This document shows positions 12,362 to 25,058 of a stretch of 64,000 nucleotides of DNA, piece after piece. This DNA comes from Eledone cirrhosa. Taxonomy: Eukaryota. The notes under the pieces are model-generated. The model was not told the DNA's origin. It made no database searches and saw only the letters and a list, made by a program, of their open reading frames with translations. The stretch covers positions 344,162,001 to 344,226,000 of the forward strand of contig OZ024741.1 of the NCBI GenBank assembly GCA_964016885.1. The letters are read 5' to 3'. How positions within the stretch are numbered: the stretch's first letter is position 1; each line of letters begins with the position of its first letter. The position numbers and the translations under genes were made by a program.

Positions 12362-12670
12362 ATGACTTACATAATTGAACACACAGACATTTCACAACAG
12401 GACTACATAATACCAGCACCAATCAAAACGCCAACTAACATAAGACTGCTAAAAATAGCACAGAAACAATACACAAATATTAAAACGAAATTCCCCAACG
12501 CAGTTGGTGATTTCAGGGACCTAGGAGGAACCATCAATCGAAGAGTATATTCAGACATTCTCTTAGAAGAGCCGACGACCAGCCAAAGGGACGATTCAAC
12601 GGTCCCTTCACCAGACGATCAAGTGAAAAGGGATGTAAAAACCATCCCTCCTCTACCAAAAGTACGGTAA
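12362..12670 (+). CDS. Probable frameshifted C-terminus of ORF1, or a small extra ORF
   Basis: KFPNAVGDFR is conserved as KYPKAIGDFR in the decayed relative at about 36363-36393. Confidence 0.5.
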   Translation: MTYIIEHTDISQQDYIIPAPIKTPTNIRLLKIAQKQYTNIKTKFPNAVGDFRDLGGTINRRVYSDILLEEPTTSQRDDSTVPSPDDQVKRDVKTIPPLPKVR

Positions 12671-12705
12671 GTGGTCTTTCCCATCTTTTCCACTCTATTT
12701 TAAAC

Positions 12706-15700
12706 ATGACCTCACTCAGAATAGGCAGCATAAATGCGCGTGGCTTGGGGTCGTCATGGAAGCAGGGTCACCTGCTCAACGACCTCAGGTCACTAAACAT
12801 AGATGTAGTGGCCATCAGCGAGACCAGAATCTCCGAAGCACGGGCCTTCGCACCGATCTTCGGCGGCTACGATGTGTACGCATCTCCCAGCCGTCCTGGA
12901 TCGGGTGGAGGAGTTGCTGTGCTTTTTCGGAGAGGTTTGGATCTCGCCATACGGGCCATCTTCCTGGACCCAGAGGGTAAGCTGGTGGTGCTGGACGTGA
13001 CCAGCGGAGACGGGCAAGCTTTCAGGCTAGTGGCCGTCTATGCCCCGACAGGAGCAGGGCGGCCTGATTTCTTCCGGCGTCTGGAGACCTTTCTTGGAAC
13101 GTCCCGCTCTTTAGTGTTAGTGGGCGACTGGAACGGGATCTTAGATGCACGCTGGGACTGTGTGGGATTAGCGGATAGGGGTGGAGGGTGCAAGAGCCTC
13201 ACCAACCTGCTCAGGCGTTTTGAACTGTCTGACAGGTACCGATTGGATTTCCCGAATGTGCCAATGTGGACTTGGACAAACCGCATAGGGTCATCCAGAT
13301 CATATCTAGATAGAGTATTTTGTAGGGAAATAGATAGGTCTAGCATAGGCTGTCCACAATTCAAGATAGTCAGCTACACGGACCACAAATTCGTGACCTG
13401 TGTGCTTGACTTAGATAGGCTTCATAGACGAGGACCCGGCTACTGGAAGCTAAACGCGTCCTTACCAGCGCGCAAGGTCTACAGAGACCGGATTAGCGAA
13501 CTAGTTAAGCGGGCGTTGACGGGGGCCATCGTCAACAACAAGTGGTGGTTTGCTCTGAAAAGAGCGATTAGAATAGAATCGATTAGGTTTAGTAAGGCTT
13601 TAGCAATAGAGAAAAATAGAGCAGAGGGAGAACTAGTTAGAAAATTAGACAAGGCGCTTAGCAAAGGCATTGCGACCGACGTGCTTGCGGCGAAATTGGC
13701 CCTTGACCAATTCTTCAATGCAAAGCACGAAGGCTGCGTTGTCAGAGCTAGGGTGCGTGCTCTCAGACACGAGGGGACGAAAGCCGTTCAATGGGCCCGA
13801 GTGGCGGAGGCGCGTCGTGGCAACAAAGCCACGATCCGGTCTTTGGTGGACCACGACGGGCGCATGCTACTCGATCCCGGGAAAATGTGTGAAGCTTTTC
13901 AGCGACACTTCGCTCAGCTGTTCGGGGGCAGCGGGGGGCCGGATAGAGGGATGGACTTTAGTGTCTACCTCGACGGACTGCCGCGGCTCTCGGCCACTGA
14001 GGCGAAGTGTTGCGAAAAGCCGATAACAGCCGCTGAAGTAAGGGAGGCAATGACTGGCTGCACAAGGGGTAAATCGCCTGGTTTGGATGGTCTGCCCTAT
14101 GAACTTTACGTACAGATGCCAGACTTGTTCGGAGGCCTCTTGGCGGACGTCTACTGCAACTGGCAACAGAACGGGAGAATTCCCAGTTCTGTGAGCCGAG
14201 GAGCGGTGGCACTGCTGAGAAAGGATCCAAACAAGGGGGATAACATAGACAATTTCCGGCCCATAACTCTGCTAAACACAGAGTTCAAGATTTTGGCCAA
14301 GGTGCTAGCAAAGAGGTTGGCGCTTGTCGTTGGTGGTCTGGTGGGAGAGGCGCAGACATGCGCCATTCCCGACAGATCCATCCACGACAACCTCCACCTC
14401 ATGCGATACATCATAGAGAGGGTAGCTAAGGAACCTGGCACGGGTGGGTCCTTGATCAATTTAGATCAGTCGAAAGCTTTCGATAGGGTCGACCATCGTT
14501 ACCTAGCGGCAGTCCTGGGGGCGGCTGGCTTTGGGCCCTTCTTCAGAGGCTGGATCGCTGCCATGCACAGCGACATCTGCTCTGTGGTGAGAGTGAACGG
14601 TCACCTGTCGGAACCGTTCAACATCATGCGCTCGGTCCGCCAAGGATGTCCCCTCTCGTCCCTCTTGTACGTATTGACTCTCGAGCCATTACTGCACAAA
14701 CTGGAGACGTTGAGGGGAGTCCCGCGCGAACTAGGATGCGGAAGATCCGTGTCAGCATATGCGGACGATGTCACCGTAGTGGTGTCGAACGCCAAACACA
14801 TCGAGGCGATCGGCACTACACTAAGAGAATACGAAGCGGTGACAGGAGCAATGATCAACCAGGAAAAGTCGGTGGGCCTGCAGCTCGGCACCTGGAGAGG
14901 CAGGTCCATGCCGTCCAACAGTGTCGTCGGGCGCTGGACGGACGGACCGGTTAAATTGCTAGGGGTCTGGTTCGGTCCGGACCTCCAGACGGACAAAAAC
15001 TGGGACGAGGTGACGAGCAGGGTGGCTTCTCTCACCCAGAAATGGGCGGAGAGGAAGCTATCCCTGAAAGGTCGAGCGGAGGTGGCTAACGCGTACATCG
15101 CGTCTGTCATCTGCTACCGCCTAACCGTCGTACCTTGTCCTAAGCCTCGCCTGACTGCGCTGGAGCGTTTGCTCTTTCGCTTTTTGTGGAAGGGACGTGC
15201 TCCGATGGTCAGGCGGTCCATCTGTTGTCAACACCCGCTACGTGGAGGGCTGGGCATGCCGTGGCTGATGATGCGCAGGCACGCGCTCAGGCTACGACAT
15301 CTCCACCTCTTCCTCGACGGTGATCAGGTGTGGTCGCCGTTTGCTAGATGCGTTTTTCCCCAGCTCGTTTCCTTGACGGAGCTGCAGTCCTGGGTCAAGC
15401 GAAGACCGAGAGGGAGCGCCTGGAGACTGGAATGTCTTCAGGCGCTCACAGCCCTCGACCAATCGGGCAATGTGATCGGTGGAAACTCCACCTCGGCGTT
15501 CTATAGAGGATTAGTGGAGGGGAAGAGCGACGACGTACTTGGGGAAACTCTAGGCGTCGACGAAAATCAACTAGCCATCTCTTCGGAAGAACTTTCGGGC
15601 CAGGGCCTATGGACAACTTCCAGAAATCTCTGGCCTGGCAGTGCTACCGAGGAGCCTTGCCAGTTCGGGATAAACTCTACAGGCATGGAGGTGCCGTCAG

Positions 15701-16124
15701 CCGGGCATGTCCGAGATGCGCGCAGGGCGACGAAACCGTCCTGCACGCACTCGTCCAGTGTCCGAAAATTGCTGACTTGTGGGTTTATGTCGAACACCTG
15801 CTGTCGCGTTTAGGACGGATCCGGCTATCATCTGAGTCCATCGTGAGGATTGCCCCGCCCTCCTCCTTTAGCCGGGAAGGGCAGGCAGTTTTTATCTGTC
15901 TGGTGGCCATGGCGAAAGAGATAGTATGGTGGACACGTTTGAAAGGGCTGAAGACGAGCACTTACCTCTTCGGTGATGCTCTGATTGACTTTTTCAAATT
16001 TCATTTGAAAAGGAAAATCAGAGTAGAGAGGGAAGTGCTCTCTTCCCAGCATTTTGTTGAAAGATGGGTGAGAGAAGCAAGAATGGCCCGAGTGAATGGG
16101 CCTACTCTGAGTATATATCTGTAA
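12706..16124 (+). CDS. LINE ORF2: APE endonuclease, reverse transcriptase and C-terminal zinc finger (one frameshift near 15575)
   Basis: SINARG, SET, VYAP, GDWN, YLDR, TDH (APE). FRPITLLN, LDQSKAFD, QGCPLS, YADD (RT). CPRC..ETVLH..C in ORF 15609-16124. Confidence 0.92.
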
Positions 16125-16424
16125 ATTAAAGGTGGAAAACTGGGAGAGGGCACTTGCCTTGGTGGTCAGGGTCATTGTGGCTTTTTACTGGGCTTTCTCC
16201 ACAAATGTCCCTCCGAAGTCTCCCCCCTATTGGGGAATATTTCATTGTTATTTTCATTGTTATTTTTGTTACATCCTCTGTTTTTGTTTTTTACACGCAG
16301 AAATGCCCATTTGTACCGTCCTGCATTGTCCTGCACTGTCCTTAATGTCTACTTTATGTAAACCCTTGTGGTTAATAAAGAAATCATTATTATTATTATT
16401 TTTATTATTATTGTCATTGTTATT

Positions 16425-19400
16425 CCTTGAATCTCAGTCATTGATGTTGGTTAACTGGAAAGTCCGTTGGATTGAATATCAAGCCACTACCTGCAGCCTC
16501 AGATATTCAGGACGTATCGGAGGGTTCTTGCTGTTCCAAGCAAGCATGCCTTTTGAAGCGTTCCAAAAAGCGTGAAGGGGCCGATTTTCTTTAACCATCC
16601 CTGGAAACTTTTGGAGATAGTCCCCAGTGCGCCTATGACAATCGGGATCACTTTGACTTCATGGCAGTTCCAAATCCTTTTCACCTCCCACTTTAGGTCC
16701 TGGTATCGGTTAATTTTCTCCCTCTCCTTCTCTTGCACTCTCGTGTCGAACGGGCAGGCCACATCCACAATCAGGCACGATCTTTTTTCTTTGTCCACAA
16801 CCACCAGGTCAGGTCTATTGTGTTCCAGTTTTTTGTCCGTCTGTATCCTAAAATCCCACAGCACCTTCACCTGATTGTTCTCCATCACCGCCTCTGGCCT
16901 ATGCTCATACCATTTCTCAGAATGTGGTAGATTGTTTACTTTGCACAGGTGCCAGTGGATCACCCTGCCCATCACATCGTGTCTCCAGCCCGTATAGTGG
17001 GTCTGGGCTAGGTGTTTACACTCGGACACAATGTGAGCCACAGTCTCCTCTCTCTCTCCACAGATCCTGCACAGTGGGCTCGCCTCCTCCTTGTAGATAT
17101 GGTGCTTCAACCACTTCGTTTTGAGGGCCTGCTCCTGCGCAGCCATTAGCATTCCTTCTGTAGCCTTTTTGAGGTCTCCTCTTCTCAACCAGTTCCATGT
17201 CTGTGGATCTCTAAATTCAGTTTTCTCAAAGAAGGTACTATGAAGGGGTTTTCCCTTAAGGCTGCTCTTCCTCCTTGATGTTATTTCCTCCCTGGACATC
17301 CCCTGGCCTACTGTCCCCTCCTTCAGTACAATTCTGAGCATTGGCTCCTTACTATAGGTCACGTATTTGTATAGGTTGTTTTTCTCCATCTGAACACAGT
17401 CCTCTATGCTGATAAGACCTCTTCCACCCTCAGATCTCCTTAGGTAGAGTCTATCGACATCACTCCTCTTGTGGAACATGTTGTAGATAGTCAATAGCTT
17501 CCTAGTCTTCCTATCCATTTCTTTCTGTTCAGCAACATTCCATCTCAGAATTCCCGCACTGTACCTAATAATAGACACAGCTCGGGAATTTACTGCGCTT
17601 ATGGCATTTCTGCTGTTCAGATGTGACTTCAATACGCTCCTTACTCTCCGAATGTATTCAGTTCTTAACAATTCCTTCATTGTTTTGTTCTTTATGCCAT
17701 CAGCCTCCAGAACGCCCAAATACTTGTATCCTTCCTCAGAGTCAATTTCCTTTATCATCTCACCTGTTGGTATCTGGATCCCGTTACTTCTGCTCAACCT
17801 ACCCCTCTTCATCACAATGACTCCACATTTACCAATACCAAACTGCATACATATATCACTGCTGAAAATACGGACAGTGTCAACAAGCACATCCAACTCC
17901 TTCTCACTTTTCCCGAAGAGCTTAAGATCGTCCATGAAGAGGAGGTGATTGATGGTAAGCTCTCCCCTTCCCAACTTGTATCCTGCTCTCACTTTTCGCA
18001 GCATAATGGTCAAGGGCATCAGGGCAAGGACAAACAACAGAGGGGACAGGCTATCTCCCTGGAAGATACCTCTCTTGATCTTCACGCTTCCCAAGGATAC
18101 TCCAGTTGATGTCAACTCTGTCTCCCAGGACCCCATACTCCTGCCTAGCAACTGTCTGATGTTATCTGCCACCCTGAAGTTCTCCAGGCTTTTGGTGATC
18201 CAGGAATGAGGCACCATGTCAAATGCCTTTCTGTAGTCTATCCATCCCATGGCAAGATCAGTGTGTCTCCTCCTGCAATTCCCCATTACCATCTTATCAA
18301 TAAGCAACTGGTCCTTTGTACCACGTGACTTCTTTCGGCATCCTTTCTGTTCGTCCGGTAACAAGTTGTTTGTGTGGAGGTGATGGTAGATTTCCTCAGA
18401 CACAATGCTCGTCAACAGTTTCCACATTACGGGCAGACATGTGATCGGTCTATAGTTGGTAGCATCATTACCCTTGATTCGGTCTTTCATTATCAGAACT
18501 GTGGTACCTTTTGTCAACCACTCTGGCACCTCACCCGACACCAAGCAGTCATTGAACATGGCCGTCAGCTTCGGGTGGAGGGATGTTAGATGTTTAATCC
18601 AATACCCCTGCACACCATCTGGGCCTGGTGATTTCCAGTTGGTTAGTTTTTTGGCTTGCCCCTTAAGAGTTTCAACTGTGATACTCAAATCAGTCTGTTG
18701 CTGTGCCTGCTCACCGATCTCCCTCTGTACTGTCTCAATCCACCCTGCCTGGGCATTGTGTCTAACATCCTGCTCCCATATTCCTCTCCAGAATGTTTTA
18801 GTTTGCTCCGCCCCAGGGATCAAGTCGTTGCCTCTTTCTTTGCCCTCAAGCTGTCCAAACAGCATCTTCTGGTTGTTGTCGAACATGCGGTTCTGTTTAT
18901 ACTGACTGACTCTGTTCTCGTATCGCCTGATTTTTGCACTCTTTGCTACAATGCGTTGCTTCAATTCCTCTATGATAATATTTAGCTTTTTACTCCTAGT
19001 TTTGTATTTTATTTCCAGTCTATTTTTAGTGCCTATGTTTTTTAGTGTCCCATTCAGTAGTGACTCAAGCTTTCCTATGTCATTTCTCATTTCCCCGATT
19101 TGCCCACTCAGTCGCTTCTTCCACCACGGCTCTGCTCTTTCTTGTCTGTTGTTTCCTCTCGCTTTTATACCAAGTAGTTTCCTCACCGTATTTGCTGTTG
19201 CTCTGAGGATATTGTTGCACTGGTGAAGGCTCCTCGCCTCAAGGTATGGGATGACTTTGTTTACCTTAGCTGTTGTTTCTTTTAACTTTTTCCTGTCTAC
19301 AAATCTTAGGTTCATAGGTCTCCCACTATCATTGTTCAATTCATCTACCACTAAATTTAGGATGTCAACCGAATCTTGTCCTAGCCCGTCAGCATTCATC

Positions 19401-20035
19401 TCCTCAGTGGCCGTATCTCTGTTCCAGGTATTATTTATCTCAGTACTCAGATCATTGTCTGCTTCGGGTGGTTCCTCCGTTCTCAGGACCTCCTCACCTT
19501 CATTTCCCACCGGCTCGCTTGTCTGGCATACTACACCCGCCATCTCCAAGCCATTCTCTCTGCTCAGTTCCTCCAGTTCCAGCTCGCTTATCCACCCATT
19601 AGTTCTTATTACCCGAGCCTGCCCGGCCAATTTTTGTTCATCTAATTTAAATAAACCAATCTCGTTCCAGATGTTATGCATCCGTCTCCTGTAGCCTCTC
19701 TCCTTGGGGTTACTTTTCAGGTAGCATTGCATAACAGTTCTATTCAATTCTTTCGTCCAGTTGGTTCTGGCCCCTTTCCTTCTTCTCCTTCCTCCAACAT
19801 CAGCAGTATTTGGTTGACAGTCAGGTTCCTGCTGCTGAGCCAGGGGGCACCTGTTGGGTGAGAGTCTGTCACATGACGTTCTAGTCTCCATTTCACCGTT
19901 ATTCGAACTGTTTATGTTCGATATTTAAACACTCTTATCGAGGATTGGCGAATGTATGTTTACATAGCCATCTGTGGATCCGCCATCCCACTTGGCCCTT
20001 GTGTGGCATTATCACCACGCTGTATACGAACACAC
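16425..20035 (-). mobile_element. Full-length R4/Dong-clade element with (TAA)n tail
   Basis: Single intact ORF and a short 3' UTR ending in the (TAA)n tract shared with the Tx1 tail. Confidence 0.92.
16499..19891 (-). CDS. R4/Dong-type polyprotein (RT, CCHC, PD-(D/E)xK endonuclease), 1130 aa
   Basis: WKSPGPDG, YRPITCL, GIFQGDSLSP, LFMDDLK, CRIC..ETVAHIVSEC, RHD, RPDLVV..VDVACP..K..RY. Confidence 0.93.
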   Translation of the reverse strand: METRTSCDRLSPNRCPLAQQQEPDCQPNTADVGGRRRRKGARTNWTKELNRTVMQCYLKSNPKERGYRRRMHNIWNEIGLFKLDEQKLAGQARVIRTNGWISELELEELSRENGLEMAGVVCQTSEPVGNEGEEVLRTEEPPEADNDLSTEINNTWNRDTATEEMNADGLGQDSVDILNLVVDELNNDSGRPMNLRFVDRKKLKETTAKVNKVIPYLEARSLHQCNNILRATANTVRKLLGIKARGNNRQERAEPWWKKRLSGQIGEMRNDIGKLESLLNGTLKNIGTKNRLEIKYKTRSKKLNIIIEELKQRIVAKSAKIRRYENRVSQYKQNRMFDNNQKMLFGQLEGKERGNDLIPGAEQTKTFWRGIWEQDVRHNAQAGWIETVQREIGEQAQQQTDLSITVETLKGQAKKLTNWKSPGPDGVQGYWIKHLTSLHPKLTAMFNDCLVSGEVPEWLTKGTTVLIMKDRIKGNDATNYRPITCLPVMWKLLTSIVSEEIYHHLHTNNLLPDEQKGCRKKSRGTKDQLLIDKMVMGNCRRRHTDLAMGWIDYRKAFDMVPHSWITKSLENFRVADNIRQLLGRSMGSWETELTSTGVSLGSVKIKRGIFQGDSLSPLLFVLALMPLTIMLRKVRAGYKLGRGELTINHLLFMDDLKLFGKSEKELDVLVDTVRIFSSDICMQFGIGKCGVIVMKRGRLSRSNGIQIPTGEMIKEIDSEEGYKYLGVLEADGIKNKTMKELLRTEYIRRVRSVLKSHLNSRNAISAVNSRAVSIIRYSAGILRWNVAEQKEMDRKTRKLLTIYNMFHKRSDVDRLYLRRSEGGRGLISIEDCVQMEKNNLYKYVTYSKEPMLRIVLKEGTVGQGMSREEITSRRKSSLKGKPLHSTFFEKTEFRDPQTWNWLRRGDLKKATEGMLMAAQEQALKTKWLKHHIYKEEASPLCRICGEREETVAHIVSECKHLAQTHYTGWRHDVMGRVIHWHLCKVNNLPHSEKWYEHRPEAVMENNQVKVLWDFRIQTDKKLEHNRPDLVVVDKEKRSCLIVDVACPFDTRVQEKEREKINRYQDLKWEVKRIWNCHEVKVIPIVIGALGTISKSFQGWLKKIGPFTLFGTLQKACLLGTARTLRYVLNI

Positions 20036-20039
20036 ATAA

Positions 20040-20961
20040 ACAAACAAACACACAGGCAGAAAGGGCCCCAAAAATGAATAAGCATAAGTTTCATTGTAAT
20101 GTAGTGTTCGAATGTCTGACTTAGTTTTAGTTTTTTAAGTTTTACTTTTTCCCCCCTCTTCTCTGTCCGTCCGCCTGCTTCTCTCTTCATTCTTATTTTC
20201 TTTACGTTTTGGGGGTTTCCTTTTTTTTGTTTTTGTTTTTCTCTGTTTGTTTTTCTCGTTTTTTGCTGTTGTTGCTGTGCTGCTTTGGTTTTGTTGTTTG
20301 TTTTTTCTTTTTTCTTTTGGGTCTATCTATATATTTTGATGCCTTCCTCTTTGTTAGTAGTAGGAATTCTATAATATGGAAGTAGCAGCCAGCAGGGAAG
20401 TGGGAGACTGGCGGCGTTAGCGATACTGAGACAGTGGTGGTGGTGATGTCGATACCGAGGCAGTGGTGGCGGTGATGTGACCGTATTACTGTAGTGATGG
20501 TGCTGTAGCGGAGTCAAGGGGTGGTGGCGGCGGTGATGGGATAGTGGTGGTAATGATGGCCGTAGTGAGCGGTGGCGGTGAAGGTGAAAATGTGTCGTTA
20601 TCTGGCTGTTGTGTTTAGTGTACACAGATGATGGGGTGGGTGGGTGGTGTATCTAGTTTCTGGTGTTGGTGAGTTTAGCTTCCTATATAGTGTAGCCAGA
20701 GGAGAGGAGGGGAGGGGTTCTTCTTCCATTTATAGCCATTTTTTTTTTTGGATATACAGTGTACAATACAAAGTTGAATATTTGAATATTTGAGCCTTAT
20801 AACAATATATTTTGGGTCCGAATTTTTGGGGGCTCAAGCCGGGTGCTTTACGTAGCATTTGTACTAAGAGTTGTTATTTCACAAATGGTTTAAATATGTT
20901 AAAAATTCAAAACTTACGGGAGCGATCTCATGACCTCCGTCACCTCGTGCGTCTTCTTCCC

Positions 20962-20962
<1 letters not shown>
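20040..20962 (-). mobile_element. Internally deleted Tx1/L1-like 5' derivative (copy 2)
   Basis: Colinear with 9600-10340 and adjacent to (TTA)n at 20965-21034. Confidence 0.5.
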
Positions 20963-21036
<74 letters not shown>

Positions 21037-21242
21037 GACGGTGGATTGGCAGTATCGGTAGAGCATCAGACGCCATGCTTTACAGCATAGAGTTACGTCC
21101 CACCAGCTTAGATCCGGATCTAGCTGTCGAAACGGCCGGCGCTCAGCCGTCGGGGTCTCGAATCTTTTCGTATTACCCACTCTACTACCCAAGGATCGAG
21201 TACTCTGGTGGGCTATGGACTAGCTGGTTTTTACCACACCCT

Positions 21243-21298
<56 letters not shown>

Positions 21299-21304
<6 letters not shown>

Positions 21305-21912
21305 AAGTCCATAGAATCATTAGATAAAATATATACAGTATTTCTTCTCCCAATCAGCATAAATCAACTACACAAAAAAATCATTTAAAGGAGGCTATAA
21401 GTTTAAAATATACTTATGAAGAAACAATAGATAAATGATATAGCTTTTTCTCCGCGATTCATAGCTACAGAAAATTAACCTAGTATTTCTGATAACCTGT
21501 AGAAATTGATTAGACATGTAGTTAACCATACATAATTAGGTACAAAATCAAAGTTAGGAGAAAAAATGTAGATAAACCTACCAAAATCATTAAAATATCT
21601 CTACCCCCGGTGATTTCATTTCATTTTTGGATATATCCGATCATGGATAAATCAACGAGGTTGGAAATCAACAGGAAATAAACTCAATTGGACAAAGATT
21701 TTTCTTACATGATCCCCGCCAGAAACGAATTCAAAATGGCTAAGAATCATTGCGTGGCTAGTGGTCAAGGCAGAAAGTTTGTGATTGGTGCCTGTCGGAG
21801 AGTAGGCTGATTGCTAGAAAGCGCAACCGAATACAGCCTAAAGTTTTACTCAACCTTAGAAGAGTATATAAAATTTAAAGGGTATATACATATTAACCAG
21901 ACAAAGCCATAG

Positions 21913-21978
<66 letters not shown>

Positions 21979-22438
21979 TTTTGGCAACCATTCACGCTGT
22001 GGCTCAATGACGAATTAATTAAATAATTAATAATCAGAGCAATATATAAAAAGTAAGTCCATAGAATCATTAGATAAAATATATACAGTATTTCTTCTCC
22101 CAATCAGCATAAATCAACCACACAAAAAATCATTTAAACGAGGCTATAAGTTTAAAATATACTTATGAAGAAACAATAGATAAATGATATAGCTTTTTAT
22201 CCGCGACTCATAGCTACAGAAAATTTACCTAGTATTCCTAATAGCCTGTAGAAATTGACTAGACATATAGTTGACCATACATAATTAGGTACAAAAACAA
22301 AAGTTAGAAGAAAAAATGTGGATAAACCTTCCCAAATCATCAAAATATCTCTACCACCGGCGGTTTCATTCCATTTTTGGATATATCCGATCTTGGATAA
22401 ATCAACGAGGTCGGAAATCATGAGATAAACTCAATTGG

Positions 22439-22440
<2 letters not shown>
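21299..22440. repeat. ~400-bp direct duplication (21299-21697 and 22051-22442)
   Basis: Both copies run aagtaagtccatagaatcattagataaaat...taaactcaattggacaaa with scattered substitutions. Confidence 0.8.
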
Positions 22441-22497
<57 letters not shown>

Positions 22498-22500
<3 letters not shown>

Positions 22501-22589
22501 GATGTCCCAAAAAATGAATAAAACAACATTCTAAGAAATATTTCCTGTACTTGTAATCAAATTGCGTATACATTTTTGGGGACACCATG
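22498..22589. mobile_element. Tc1/mariner-type MITE in (TA)n
   Basis: TIRs CAGGATGTCCC/GGGACACCATG. Same family as 6085-6183. Confidence 0.75.
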
Positions 22590-22623
22590 TATATATATAT
22601 ATATATATATAAATATATATATA

Positions 22624-22702
<79 letters not shown>

Positions 22703-22755
22703 ATTAAACAAATAATGAATAGATTTATCTACATATAATGATAGATTTATCTACA

Positions 22756-22815
<60 letters not shown>

Positions 22816-23018
22816 CATATATACCAACATATACATATAAATACTACACATGCATTATATTTATATATACGGTACAGCTGTAGGCATCCCGACTCTTTCA
22901 TGTAACCATACTCTACTACACCAAGTATCAAGTACTCTCGTGATTTATGGTCTAAACAGGGTTTCACAGTATCCATATTGATTTATATATATATATGTTT
23001 ATATATATATATATATAT

Positions 23019-23087
<69 letters not shown>

Positions 23088-23089
<2 letters not shown>

Positions 23090-24368
23090 AGATGGGTCAT
23101 AAGTCACGCACCAAAGCATTACAAACAATTTAGTATACATGTACGTTGTATTGTATTAATAACAAAACTTATATTGAAACAACAAAGGTATCATTGTTCA
23201 TAAATTCTCAAAATGCTTGCCATTGGCAATTTCACATAATTCTAGTCGATGTCCGAAATTGTTATAGACCTGAGCTAATAAATCATTATCTTCATCAATA
23301 TGGTGACAGGAATCAATAATCCGCTGGCGAAGATGATCAACATATGTTATTTTAGTTGAATAAACATTTGTTTGTTTTATGGCCCCAAAAATAAAAGTCC
23401 ACCGGAAGCAGGTCAGGTGATCTGGTGGCCCACTCCACTGTGCCTCTTCGCTCAATCCAATTTTCGAAGTTTGCATTTAAACAATTACGCATGACGGTTG
23501 CATAATGCGGCGGGGCGCCATCATACATAAACTATACTGGCTGGCTTACCTGCACCAATGGGCTCCAGCTGTGGCATCAAATTGGTTTGCAGCATGTTTA
23601 AGTAAGCTTCGCCGGTCACCGTCTGGTGGAAAAAAAGGGACCAAAACCATGGTTCCTCCTTATTCGGCACCATAACATTAAACTCGGGCTCCTCCTAATG
23701 TGGATCTTCGCGCGAACAATAACAGCGTTTTTGTTTGTTTACTTCACCGTTAACAAACAGAAATTGGCTTCATCGCTAAACAAGAGGTCGCGGTTCACAA
23801 GGTTAGTATTCAGATTCTATTGATCTTTAAACCAAATAAGCCTCTCCAACCGTCAGCCAGGGTCTTCTTCGCATAACTTGCTTAACTGCTTAAGTTTGTA
23901 TTGATGAAAACTTTCAGCTTTGATGATCCTCTGCATCGTGGTCTGTGGAATACCAAGTTCAAGTGACGACCATCGCATCGACTTCTTTGGGCTGTCCCCA
24001 ATTTTCTAAATGACTCTTATCCGCGTTTCCTCAGACACTCTGGGCGGGCCACTTCCCGACTTGTTCAGAACACTTCCAATTTCTCGAAATTTCGACACTA
24101 GTCGTTCAACTTTCGTGTGAAACATGGCTTCACTATCAGGATGAGCTCTATTGAATTTCTCAGCAACTGATCGATTCGTAGCATAATCGCAACCAGACAT
24201 GAACATATATGTTCAACTCGTTCGTTAATTGTTAAAGACATAATAAGTCTGCAACACAAAATGACGATTGTAATTAAATTAAATGTAAGCGATAATTCAA
24301 TTAATTGTTAATACAGTTAATATGTTAAGACATTTAATACTTTTGTGCACGACTTAAGGCCCACGCTG
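23088..24368 (-). mobile_element. Decayed Tc1/mariner-superfamily DNA transposon
   Basis: Imperfect ~34-bp TIRs and TA flanks. Broken transposase with an HTH region (LVSKFREIGSV..SG.PR), FSDEA, DGAPPH and W..RSPDL. Confidence 0.85.
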
Positions 24369-24399
24369 TATATGTAATATACATATATCTATATATATG

Positions 24400-24532
<133 letters not shown>

Positions 24533-24544
24533 GTATATATATTT

Positions 24545-24730
24545 ATATGTGTATGTATAATGTTCGGTAAACCCATACGTACATATATATATATGTGTGC
24601 ATGTATGTATATATATACATACTACTGTACTTCTGTATATATATATATGTATGTACGTATACATACTTATATTTAGGTATCAGCCGTACTAAGAGTGAGA
24701 AATGAAATTTCGTTTCATTCTTTTCCATAT
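24545..24730 (+). repeat. 3' fragment of the ~433-bp HHR repeat family
   Basis: tgttcggtaaacccatacgtac...gccgtactaagagtgagaaatgaaatttcgtttcatt matches the units at 59.4-60.9 kb. Confidence 0.75.
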
Positions 24731-24763
24731 ATACATATATATATATATGTGTGTGTGTGTGTA

Positions 24764-24794
<31 letters not shown>

Positions 24795-24811
24795 TCTGTG
24801 TAATACACAAT

Positions 24812-24885
<74 letters not shown>

Positions 24886-25023
24886 ACATATATATATATA
24901 TATATAAACGTTTGAATATGTGTAATAAAGCCAAAACAATGCAGGTATGGACATAGAAAGAAGAATGCAATTGTAAAAGATATTGTTGACAATTCGTCCT
25001 TTACCTTAAATTTATTTAAATGT

Positions 25024-25058
25024 CCTTAATTTTCGAGATAATATCTCTTCTTCAGAGG
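25024..25058 (-). ncRNA. Minimal hammerhead in PLE terminal repeat (intact copy)
   Basis: cct-CTGAAGA-a-gagata t tatctc-GAAA-AT-TA-agg. Confidence 0.75.

Larger units (their letters stand above)
10378..16385 (+). mobile_element. Near full-length Tx1/L1-clade LINE inserted in (TTA)n
   Basis: ORF1 plus ORF2 (APE-RT-zinc finger), AATAAA at 16374, and (TTA)n at both ends. Confidence 0.92.

Noticed and set aside
10698-19861. Many antisense and alternate-frame ORFs over the LINEs
   Set aside because: They are shadow ORFs of GC-richer coding sequence and have no motifs.
19892-20035. HDV-like ribozyme in R4 5' UTRs (shared gggatggcgg, also near 9328-9337)
   Set aside because: Hairpins are present but I could not assemble the nested double pseudoknot by eye. 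It needs an Infernal or RNAbob search.
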